Under the pieces are notes generated by a model that saw nothing but the letters and a program-made list of their open reading frames with translations, was not told the origin of the DNA and made no database searches. The position numbers and the translations under genes are program-made. DNA of 62,906 bases, counting the filler, from Globobulimina sp. (lineage: Eukaryota), in assembly GCA_003354225.1 (NCBI GenBank). It is 17 parts of 17 records of this genome, joined end to end, with 100 filler letters (N's around TTAATTAATTAA, not from the genome) between each part and the next. Parts side by side here need not be neighbours in the genome. Positions count along the whole stretch, not along the records: positions 48,192 to 51,795 come from PIVH01002419.1; positions 51,896 to 55,499 come from PIVH01002420.1; positions 55,600 to 59,203 come from PIVH01002421.1; positions 59,304 to 62,906 come from PIVH01002422.1; 13 more parts are not named here. One strand, 5' to 3'. This document shows positions 48,442-59,443 of this stretch, piece by piece (position 1 is the stretch's first letter; each line of letters opens with the position of its first letter).

Positions 48442-49209
48442 TTACGAATCTACCGTAGCGCAATGTGATGCTGCAGACCTGGCACATCGAGAATCACGAT
48501 CACGCGATAGTTTCTCACATAATTTCATTAAATCGGAGATGGCGTATCTTATGCCTTCCTGCGCCCCGATTATGCAGTTTTTGATGGTTTCCACGATGGC
48601 TATGCGTACTGACAAAGAGGAGGATTTGGCCACACGCAGTAAAATGCTGCATGTTTCATTTAGAAATTGAGATAAAACCGCATTGTTGGCGGCCAATACA
48701 CCCATTACGTGTAATACTGTCCTGTTTAGTGATTATTATATCATTTATTTAGTAATATATATATTTAGATCGATATCCTTGCACTTAACAATCGTAATGA
48801 ATTGGAGCGATTATTTTGTAATTTATCTTGTAAACTTATATAGAAATCGCGCAATTTAGTCACATTTGCATTAAAATTGAAGATACATATTTGTGCCACT
48901 AAATCGCGATAAACTAAATTGGAAACTTGTGGGTGTGGTATTATTATATTTAATAAGGCATCCTGCAATCCACGGGATATGGATAATATGTCATCCTTCC
49001 GCAATGATTGCAAATATTCTATAAATTGACTCAGTTGAATTAATTTATTCGTATCTGTTTTACCTGCAATGAATTAGCAGTGCAGTATACAAGTTTATAT
49101 ATGAATATGACAGACGTCACATACTATTACGTGAACTATAATTACTATTAATATCTCCAAATGATTTTAAAAGTGACCGCAACTTTGTTTTTGGACCTGT
49201 GGTTGACAT
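48442..49209 (-). CDS. HEAT-repeat protein N-terminus (possibly HEATR5/Laa1-like), spliced, truncated
   Basis: ATG at 49209; exons joined by GT-AG introns; HEAT-like helices (SILLRVAKSSSLSVRIAIVETI, KLSRDRDSR). Confidence 0.45.
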
Positions 49210-49339
49210 TCTTCGATGACTAACAACTAGCAAAAACTTCAAAATGTTGAATATTTAAATGAGAATAATAAATATTAAATACTGTATTAAATTAATTTAA
49301 AATAATATCACATTAAATATTATTTATTTCTGTCTTGGT

Positions 49340-50455
49340 TTAATGGGCTGGTTTTTGAAAAATAAATTCCCATTCACTTGTTATTAAATTTTGTTTTTCC
49401 ATTTCAATGAGTTCCTCGGCGCCATTTCTCATAAATTTTACCAAATCTTTCATGTGCTTCGGCAAAATACGAGCAAATGTTAAAAATGATATTATTTTCT
49501 CGACAGTGTCAAAATGATGATGCTCCCGCAATAACATTGGCAGTTCAGGCGGTGATTCGCCTTCGCCTCCATCACTTTTAATTATTTCAAAACCTGCTTT
49601 TTTCGCCATTGCCTCAAAATATTTATAATGTAACAAAACGCCGCCAGCTAATACTGGTCGCGCCTTATTCATCAAATCTAAGTGCTTTTTATTGTGCCCA
49701 TCAAAGGCATCCAACAGAACGGCATCGCATACAACGAATCTTGAGCCGGGCTTTAAAATTCTGAACATTTCATTAAATACGGCATCATAATCAGTTATAA
49801 ACGTTGTAAAACCTTCAATACTGTAAATTCCATCAAACATTTCATTTCCAAACGACATTTTTTCATTTAAATCTTGCAAAATAAATTTGGTTTTCTCATA
49901 TTGCTGATCTTTTGCATACTTTTGAGCATCTTTTATTTGCGTCACATCAATGTTGATGCCGTAAACCGTGCAGTCAGTCACCGACGAGATGTGATGTGCG
50001 ACTCTGCCGCATCCACAGCCAACATCCAAAATACTTTTATTTTTGCTCACTTTGAGATTTGCGGCAACTTCTTTTTCCATCAACAGCTGGTTCTCAATAA
50101 ACGACTTTTTCTCATCAATGCATTTCGGGAGATACATTTTCTTGACATTTCCGAGTGCACACAATTTGTTTAAAATGCTGTAGCAATCCGCAGTGTATTC
50201 AGCTGGACTCAGTGCTTTATTGGTCGCACTAAATTGTTTTGGAGGTACTCCATTTTTGAAATCCTGCAAAGTGCAAATCATATCTTTGCCGATAAACAGT
50301 TGATCATAAGAATGAAAATAAGAATCCAATTCTCTTTTTGTTAAATTCCATAAATCCATTAAGGCGCGAAATTTTTCATTTCCTTTGACTAAAATCACCA
50401 AATATGCAAAGGAACAGATAAACAGAATTACCGATACCATTTGGGATGCGTCCAT
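49340..50455 (-). CDS. SAM-dependent methyltransferase, sterol-C-methyltransferase-like, with N-terminal TM anchor
   Basis: ILDVGCGCG motif I; GINID; FDGIYSIEG; EMFRILKPG. Lacks the canonical YEYGWG SMT motif. Confidence 0.8.
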   Translation of the reverse strand: MDASQMVSVILFICSFAYLVILVKGNEKFRALMDLWNLTKRELDSYFHSYDQLFIGKDMICTLQDFKNGVPPKQFSATNKALSPAEYTADCYSILNKLCALGNVKKMYLPKCIDEKKSFIENQLLMEKEVAANLKVSKNKSILDVGCGCGRVAHHISSVTDCTVYGINIDVTQIKDAQKYAKDQQYEKTKFILQDLNEKMSFGNEMFDGIYSIEGFTTFITDYDAVFNEMFRILKPGSRFVVCDAVLLDAFDGHNKKHLDLMNKARPVLAGGVLLHYKYFEAMAKKAGFEIIKSDGGEGESPPELPMLLREHHHFDTVEKIISFLTFARILPKHMKDLVKFMRNGAEELIEMEKQNLITSEWEFIFQKPAH

Positions 50456-50744
50456 TTTGCTTAATTGACTGACTTAATTTAGGTATGCTTAATCGAAAGA
50501 ATCTTAATCTTAATTCTATTTTTGGCAATATATTCTTAGAGAAATCTTCTATTTTTACAGTAAATGTATATAAATAAATCAACTATAATCGATCCATGCA
50601 GCTGATTTGTGTTGGATTTGTTATAACTTTGTGTTGGATTTGCAAACTTCATTATCTGTGTACTTCACTTATCTTATCTTATCTTATCTTGTTCCATCCG
50701 TGCCACATTACAGTAAGTCAATTAACGACAAACAGCACCCAAAT

Positions 50745-51795
50745 ATGTCATCAGTTAGCATTTTGACCGAAATGATCGATATTTTTGAAAACAACTATAA
50801 TTTAAATATAAATGTCAAGGCACAGAACAAAAACAAGGACAAACACAAACACATATCGTGGGCGGATACCATATTAAAGGATGGCATCGATATCAATACA
50901 AGCTTATCAATGAAAGATATTAAACAATTATGAATTAATCGCGATGTTGGTAAAAATAAGAGATATAAACATTTTAAAGGGGCAAAAAAAGATTTAATCC
51001 ACTTATTAAAATGTAATTACTCTGTTGGCATAAATAAGAGATACAAAAATATGAGCTGCAAACAGTTAATATGTGAATTAAAACTTCGTGGTTTACCTCT
51101 TGAAAAGGCGAGAAAATCGGAATTAATTAACCGGTTAAATGGTATTCATATAAATCAAATGTCACAGTCACACAACAAAAAGAAAAAGAAAAGAAAAAAG
51201 AAAGAAATCACTCCGTTAACCTTTATTGGCGTAATAAATAACAATAAATTGTCGTGCAGTCAATGTCCAACCTCACAACTTGTTGAATATTGGCATTATG
51301 AACAATCCATTTCTGACATTGTCACTTTAATCAGAAATGAACCAAATTGCAGTATGATCCAAGAATTATGTGACAAATTCAAGATTAATTGGCATAATTT
51401 CGCACTGTCTGCAACTAAAAAATTTACATCATCAATAAAGATAAATTTTGTTGATTGGCAGAGAAATTGTGATGCAATAAACTTATGGGAAACAGTTGAA
51501 TGCGTTGTTGCTATTATTAAGGAAAAAGAAAGTCGGAATATTGTAATTCATTGTTTCCACGGACTGCATAGAACGGGCTTAAGCTTGGCAATGTATTTGG
51601 TTTTAAGGGCGTTGGGATTCAACAAAAACGAAACACTGAACAACATACAAAATATACGACCTGTTACTTACACAGAATTGATAAAGGACAGAAATCCAAA
51701 CAAATCCAAATATAAAAAGAAGAGAAACTCTTACTTTAATGATAAAAATATTAATACATTGGCTGATTTTGCTGAAGCATTTTTTAAACATCGAT
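50745..51795 (+). CDS. Tyrosine/dual-specificity (CX5R) phosphatase with two SAP-like repeats; in-frame TGA at 50931-50933; 3' truncated
   Basis: IVIHCFHGLHRTG catalytic loop and IRP motif; MSCKQLICELKLRGL...RKSELINRL is SAP-like; the frame is open on both sides of a single TGA. Confidence 0.7.
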
Positions 51796-51932
51796 NNNNN
51801 NNNNNNNNNNNNNNNNNNNNNNNNNNNNNNNNNNNNNNNTTAATTAATTAANNNNNNNNNNNNNNNNNNNNNNNNNNNNNNNNNNNNNNNNNNNNAATTA
51901 AAAAAAAAAAAAAAAAACGATGTAAACACTTA

Positions 51933-52679
51933 TTAATAATCATGAGAAGCAGGGCAACCACGACAATGTGCTCTCGCAGCGCCCCGATTAGTAATGCAAA
52001 ATTCTTTAATTTTGATTGTATGTACATTGTACATCAATGATACTCCTAAATAATATGATTTTGTTGTATCGACATTCTCAAATAAGAGACCTAAATCAAT
52101 ATCATTTAATTGAGCTTCGATTGTGCGTTTTGGAACATTAAATGTTATTTTTATGAGTTGTTTTCCTTTTGTTTCCACGTTTGGATGGAATTCTGGCATT
52201 GGTGTTGTTAAATGCAGAGCAGCAAATTCTTGATGATTCCATTTATATTTGGTCGAAAGATCCCATACGTAATAACAAAATGGATTGTCTCCATTAAATG
52301 CATAATTATTCAAATTGAGTTGGTTGGATTCTGTAAACCCAATCGCAACGCCGGAGTCATATTCAATAAAATCATCCATTTCAAAAGTCCATTGAAAAGT
52401 TGCCCGGGGATTTTGTTTCGGATTTATTTGAATTGAGCCAAATACTGAGTTATAATCCCATTCATACAAAGCCAATGCACCGTATCTAATTCCATTTTTA
52501 TATTTAATCTCAATATCTTTTCCATGATTTCCAAATTCTTCCGTTTCAAAAAAATACACCAAACATAACGTTTTTACTAAACCTGGAGCGTTTTTAACGT
52601 GTCGATTAACAAAACCATGCACAATTTTATGACACCATTGATCAACGTCTTTCAATTTGATAAAAATGTTTGCATCCAT
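51933..52679 (-). CDS. B30.2/SPRY-like domain protein
   Basis: FQWTFEM, VAIGF, ITFNVPKRTIEAQLNDIDLGLLF...YYLGVSL; resembles 41703..42380. Confidence 0.6.
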   Translation of the reverse strand: MDANIFIKLKDVDQWCHKIVHGFVNRHVKNAPGLVKTLCLVYFFETEEFGNHGKDIEIKYKNGIRYGALALYEWDYNSVFGSIQINPKQNPRATFQWTFEMDDFIEYDSGVAIGFTESNQLNLNNYAFNGDNPFCYYVWDLSTKYKWNHQEFAALHLTTPMPEFHPNVETKGKQLIKITFNVPKRTIEAQLNDIDLGLLFENVDTTKSYYLGVSLMYNVHTIKIKEFCITNRGAARAHCRGCPASHDY

Positions 52680-52749
52680 TAGACTTTTAATCTGAGTTTT
52701 CGCCGAGGCAAAGTTGCCAAAAACACCAAAATATAACATAAAAAAAATC

Positions 52750-55499
52750 ATGGGAGCATCATTCGGCGATGTATGCGATGGAACATTACCACAAACATCC
52801 AAATGGTACCAAATATTCCAAGTGGTAACAGCTAGCCTTGAAACTCTTGCCATACTTTTATTCATTTACATCCATCGAAAATCAAAATATTTGCATCAGA
52901 CAATTTCTAGCTCCCCTTTGAACAATGGCTTATTATATGAAGATGATGAATCTTATGATGATAATATCGAGGAAGAAATCCTCATTCATCATACCAACAA
53001 CAATATAACTTGCACGCAGCCAAAAACAATTGCAAATTCCATTGGATATAAATCGCCAAAAAGTCAAAATTTAAACGTGGTGGATATGACTTCGGACGAA
53101 TCGCCAATCTCTAACTTATTTGACATCGATTCTGGTCGGAGAAAATTGAATAATTTTTCATTGGATGACAACGACGAAAGCAATGAGGAAGATTGCGAAT
53201 ATTATAATGAATCGCAAAATAGATATTGGAAAATGAATATTGATGAAAAGAGCAAAAAACGCACAAGGAACACATCGTTGTCATCATTATCATCCTCATT
53301 AACTTCAAGCTCATCCTCTTCAGCAACGTATAGGAAAAATAGACATAAAAAACATCGGGAAACATTAACAATGATTGAAGCGAACACCGACAATTATCGG
53401 ATATTTTTTATTTTAGTGCCTATATACTACCAATTTTTAGCATTGCTATGTGTATATTGTGTTTACCGCATGATATATATGACATTATTATGCGTTGACA
53501 TTGGCTCAGACTTTGGTGAATATAGCAATCCAGTCAATGGCTATGGCACTGAATACATTAAGCCGAGCGGTGTGGATCAACGACAAATTATAAATTTGAT
53601 TGGTTTATCATTATTTGAGTATATTGAGTCGACCATAAATCATATTGTAACCTTCTGGTTTTTGCAGCCATCCTCAGGCGTCAAAGCATTGAAAATATCC
53701 TTTATTCCCGCGTCTATCATAGGTTGTGTCGATTCTATCTGTACCATACTTGCTATCATTCATGTAAAATATAGGAATATATACTTGATATTCCATGTAA
53801 TAATGTTAACATTTTACGTGTTGATATTTTTTTATATGATTTTAAATCAAAAACTTCGTTGGAGGTTATTTTATTTTTACATCATATTTTTTATTGTATT
53901 GTATGTATTATATTCTTTGGGCGATGCTTTTGTAATGATTACCGAGGGCGAATTGGATGGATGTATGGATGAATTGGCACAGATTATGTTTTCAATTTGC
54001 ATTCCAATTATTTTAGCCTTGCTGTTATTTGATGATAGCTCGTATTGGTTGCAGTTATCAACGGAGCTAATTGGGGATAAAAAAGATTTTATCATCGATC
54101 TGGAGCAGACAAACACTACCAAAACATCCAAAACACTGCAGAGTGGCCATGGTGATTTATTTGTGAATAGCAAAGCATTGAAACAAATATTGGTTAATAA
54201 AAATAACGTTACCAGGCAACAGCAATTGCAAATGGATGATGATGAAAACGAGAATGACGAGGAATGTTCCACTACGATCTCGGTAACCAAACTTTTATGG
54301 GGTCCAAAATTGGCACAATCAGTTGGGAGATTTGATAACAAAGCAAACTTTGACCGGGTTATTGACCAGCTATCAATGACCATTCCTGTAATAAAAAGAT
54401 CAGAAATTGAAATAATCGGTGATAATAATACATCATTAATTGGATTTGGCTCATATTCTGCAGTAAAAAAAGCAAAAATATTGAAAACTGGCGAATTGGT
54501 TGCAATTAAATCTTTGTATTCTTTCGATGACGAAAATTATAAATATGTGGTGGAATTTATGCGCGAAGCATTCCTGTCACAACGATTGAAACATAGCAAC
54601 GTTGTTGATTTTAAAGGTGTATTAGCAGACAGACCTCATTTATGTTTGGTGTACGAGTATATGACAAATGGCTCAGTCTTTGAGTATTTAACCAAAGACA
54701 GAATAAAATATCGACAGCATTTTTCGAAATATTATAAATCAATCTCATTGTCAAAAAGAATTAAATTTGCAATTGATGCAGCAAAAGGAATACAGTGTCT
54801 ACATTCACATAACATTATCCATAGGGATATAAATTGTAGAAATTTATTAATTACCACTACTAATAACTATATAAATAATGAAAGTAATCCAAATATAAAC
54901 ATAATAGTAAAAGTTTGTGACTTTGGCACAGCGCGACAAATATCTAAGTATATCACGCCAAGCTTAACATATACGACATTTACTGATGAAAAGGATAAAG
55001 AAAAGGAGGATGTAAATATTATAAATGATGAGGAGGATGAAGATGTGAGTAATAATATGAATGACATTGCCATTGCTTCAACCTACAATATGTTAAACAA
55101 ACAAATGACGACAGGTATTGGCACAGTGGCTTATATGGCGCCAGAAATATTAAAATATGTAGATTTTACAAAGAAATTAAAAAGAGAAAATATAAGAGAC
55201 AAAATTGAGTACGATTTTGCTGTGGATGCCTTTAGTTTTGGTGGCGTATTGTTTGAATTAATGGCATCAAAGGAATTGTTTGAAGATTTACAAACTTCAA
55301 AGGAGGTTCAACAATTTGTGCTGTCTGGCAAAAGGGAGAAAATACCGCAGAATGTTATTAAGCTATTAAATATTCCAAATTGCTATTCTCAACTAATGAA
55401 TCAATGTTGGACTCACTATTCCTCGCAGAGACCGCATTTTAAAGACATTATTGTGAGATTACAAAATATTGCTCGGAAAGCCAGGCAACAAAAAAGACG
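52750..55499 (+). CDS. Multi-TM (about 7) receptor-like TKL protein kinase (3' truncated)
   Basis: About 7 hydrophobic helices, then IGFGSYSAV, VAIK, HRDINCRN, DFG, GTVAYMAPE, DAFSFG and CW...RP. Confidence 0.9.
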
Positions 55500-55599
55500 N
55501 NNNNNNNNNNNNNNNNNNNNNNNNNNNNNNNNNNNNNNNNNNNTTAATTAATTAANNNNNNNNNNNNNNNNNNNNNNNNNNNNNNNNNNNNNNNNNNNN

Positions 55600-58500
55600 G
55601 AGACCAACATCCCGCGCGACCAAATCAGCAACGAAGTGACTGTCTATGAGCGCACGCCCAAATTAGATACGTTGCCACCCGGCTCCCGGGAACCATACAT
55701 CGCGCACGATTTAGGCAACGCCACTCCACGTCATATACGTATGACTTTGTACAACATCCCATTGTCCGGCGACACCGCCGAGAAATGCGCATTAGCATTG
55801 GCCGCAGTCATCCAACCCATTGCTAATATTGGTTTGCAGGAGAAACCGATCGAAATTGTGAATATGGGCAGTGAGGGACCTATCCGTTGTGTCGGGTGTA
55901 GGGCGTATATGAATCCGCATGTTTTATGGATTGCGGATGGAACGCGATGGATTTGTAACTTGTGTCAGTTAACCAATGATTGTCCAACATGGTATAGGAA
56001 GAACTTGGACGGCAAATATCAACGAAGGGATCGCCTGGAAAGGCCGGAGTTGCATCGTGGAAGTGTGGATTATGTGGCACCCAATGATTTGGTGAAACAA
56101 ATGCAATATGAGCCGGGCATTTTTTTTGTGATTGATGTGAGCTGCGTGGCGTTGAAAAGAGATTTGGTGCAGTTGACGGTCGCTACGATCAGGGATTCAG
56201 TGATGGAGTTGAGGGAACAGTATAGAGTGGACGTGGAGGAAAAGAGTGCGGATGTCGACGGTAATAAATGCATGTTAAGTATATAAGTCTCCTGGCACAA
56301 TCTGGCATTTTCTTAGTCGGGTTTACTTGAGTGATTTTTGTCGAGACCATGGCTCACTGTGTCAAATACTGTCAATGCTGCATAGCAGCAAGACCAAAAA
56401 CGTACGTCACAGTTAACTTTTTTGGCTTAGTTTCGTTTCGTTTCATTTCAACCATTAGCAAAGTTTTTGGTTAGCTAGAGTGGTTTTGAACCTAGTATTC
56501 GAAGTTGACCTAAAAAGTTAAATGTAATTTTGTTTTGATACGTCACTTTAGTTGGAATATGATCGTCTCACTTTTTGTATATATATGTGACGTAACGCAT
56601 TGTTGAAACATATCACGTCACATTTTTGAAATTACACTGTGACGTTTTTGGTCTTGCAGCTGCTATGTTGGTGAGTCTTTCACAAAAAGTGTAACTGTTT
56701 GACCTTTTATATTTTTGTTGGGTAGTTTCAATTTTTGTTGATAGTTTTGTAAAAAAAACGCCTGTCCAATAAAATGTAGAATTTATATCAAAAAATATAT
56801 TGAATTTTTTTTCTGATAAAAACTCGATAACCACATAAATTTTAAAATCAATTCTTGTTGGTTCATCTACGCAGATTACGTGTCGGTTTTTTAACCTATG
56901 ACAATAAAATCCATTTCCACGCCTTATCCAATGGAGCCTTACACGTAATATCCGAGGTGAAAGACCCCTTCGTGTCGCTACCCGACAGCGAGATCTTAAT
57001 CCCCTTAATGGACGACAACAAATTCGCGGAATGGGAGCGTTTATTATTACGCGTACCCAAACTGTTCGAGCACAACCGGTTAACCCCAGAAAGCGAAAAC
57101 AAATCCTGTCTCGGCGCTGCATTATACTCCGCCACGCAGGTCCTCCACGACTGCGGTGGCAAAGTCATCGCGCAACAAACCAGTTTGCCCAACATCGGCA
57201 TCGGTGCCTTAAAATTCCGCGATGCGGTCGAATTGCATGGCAGCGACAAGGAACGCGAACTGTACGTGTCGTCCAACCCATTTTACCCAAACCTAACCAA
57301 TGAGTGTGCCACCAACTTCATATCAGTGGACATCTTTTGCTGTGCGTCTGGTTATTGCGACTTGGCATCCATTGGGGAAATGTCTCGCAAGACTGGCGGA
57401 CAGATCTATTACTACAGCAATTTCAACAAAAACAAAGACGGATTGACCTTCACCAACGATATGCGTACTAATTTATTGCGCAAGACGGTGTATCGCAGCG
57501 TGATGGCGATCCGCGCGAGCAAAGGGCTGGAAGTGGTGGATTACTTTGGCAACTTCTTTCTGACTGAAAACCAGGAGATCCAGTTGCCGGTCGTGACGAG
57601 CGACACTGCCTTGGCTGTGAGCATCCGACATTATGAGAAGTTGAACAGTGGCACGGGAGACGAGGATGGCGTGCCGGCGCAGGTGGCGGCGATGCGGAAT
57701 AAGCACGCTGCCCTTCAGGTTGCTATGCTGTACTTGGACGGGAAGGGCATGGTTTACATCCGGGTGCATACGTTGTCGATGCCGATTGTACGGCGCATTG
57801 CCGACGTGTTCCGCTGTGTGGATATGGATACGGTCTTAAATGTGTCGCTCAAGCAATGCGCGCAGGAATTAGGTATGTAATGCATGTGTATGTATTGTTG
57901 GTATGTAATGTATTGTTGTTGTTGTTTAGTATCGGCAGTGTCGTCGACGATGACTGTGGCCGCAGCGCGGAAGTCATTGGTGTCCGCCTGCGTGGATATA
58001 TTATTTGTATATCGTCGATATTGTGCGTCAAACAACGCGCAGCGACAGTTGGTATTGCCGGAAGCGTTGAAACTTTTGCCTTTGTTTACATTGGGTCTGT
58101 TGAAGAATGGCTTGTTATCGGACGGCGTGTCAGTGGATGAGAGGGCTTATCATATATCGTATTCGTTGCATATGCCTTGTTATCAGTCGTTGACTTATAT
58201 CCATCCATATTTATATCCCATGCACAATGTGTTGGTGTCGAATAAGGAATGCATTGTGTCTGAGAGTGGCCGCGTGTTGTTGCCCAAAGCAATTACGTTA
58301 AAGTATCAAATGTTGAAAAATTTCGGGTTATATGCGATGGATACTGGGAGGAAAATATATATTTGTATTGGACCGGATTTATCGTCTAAATTATTTGAAC
58401 AATGTTTTACGCAAAATATGCATCATAAGGAAGAACGGATTGAGTTGAAACAAGATTTTGAAGATGGAAATATTAATGATTTGGGCTATCGGTTCTCGCT

Positions 58501-58747
58501 CATTTTGGATGAGTTACGCTATGATAAGCCGTATTGGCTAAATATTGAGATATTGTTGTTGCCAAATACCAAGGATCATGATTCGATATTAACCATGGAC
58601 CAACATGAATTTTTAAAACATTTAATCGAGGATGCTTCGAGAATACAAACAAGAAATACAAATTCAAAAAATCCTGCTAATATGTCTTATGTTGATTTCT
58701 TAGTCTATATTCATAAGGAGATTCAAAAGAAATTTATTGATCTCTAA
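55600..58747 (+). CDS. SEC24: COPII coat subunit Sec24 (5' truncated); long intron about 56270-56874 and intron 57873-57929
   Basis: DLGNATPRHIRMT; PIRCVGCRAYMNP...WICNLC zinc finger; RPELHRGSVDY; FVIDVS; LPNIGIGAL; TGGQIYYY; LVLPEALKLLP; MSYVDFL. Confidence 0.95.
56381..56667. mobile_element. MITE-like inverted-repeat element inside the Sec24 intron
   Basis: catagcagcaagaccaaaaacgtacgtcacag (56381-56412) versus the reverse complement of 56637-56667, catagcagctgcaagaccaaaaacgtcacag. Confidence 0.65.
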
Positions 58748-59443
58748 CTTGTTGTTTTCTTTCTTTCCATTCGACCAATTACATTCCTATTATACTTTTC
58801 AGCACACATCGTCACCATTTGTCTTGCGATAACATTCGACTCAAAGGATAACCCAAGAAACTTTTTGTTAAAAAGTTTTCACTTAATATTCGTATCATGG
58901 CAGCAAAAGCCAAGTTTCATGAAACCATATTGAATTATCATATTTGTGGGATGTTATGACCCAAAAATAAAATATAAATAGTTAAGTATTTATGCGAGTA
59001 CAAAACAAAACAAAACAAAACCATATAAATCATGGCGTTCATGGTTGCGTTATCTATATAAAAATACCTCCGTCTCATAGCGCGTTTAAGTCTATGTCTG
59101 TTTTGGATCATTTTCCAGTATAATAAAATGAGGTTTTCTCATGATTTCCCATTTTTGTTTCTGTTGCCTCACATTAACAATACTTAACTATATTTTATAA
59201 ATTNNNNNNNNNNNNNNNNNNNNNNNNNNNNNNNNNNNNNNNNNNNNTTAATTAATTAANNNNNNNNNNNNNNNNNNNNNNNNNNNNNNNNNNNNNNNNN
59301 NNNCCCGTTTACGCCACTTAGTGGAGTAAAATAGAAACGAAAACGGAAACGAAAAACGGAAATCTCAGCAATGAGAAAAACAAATGATTACTATAAATTA
59401 ATTAATTCACATATAATACACACACACATTAAAAAACAAAATA

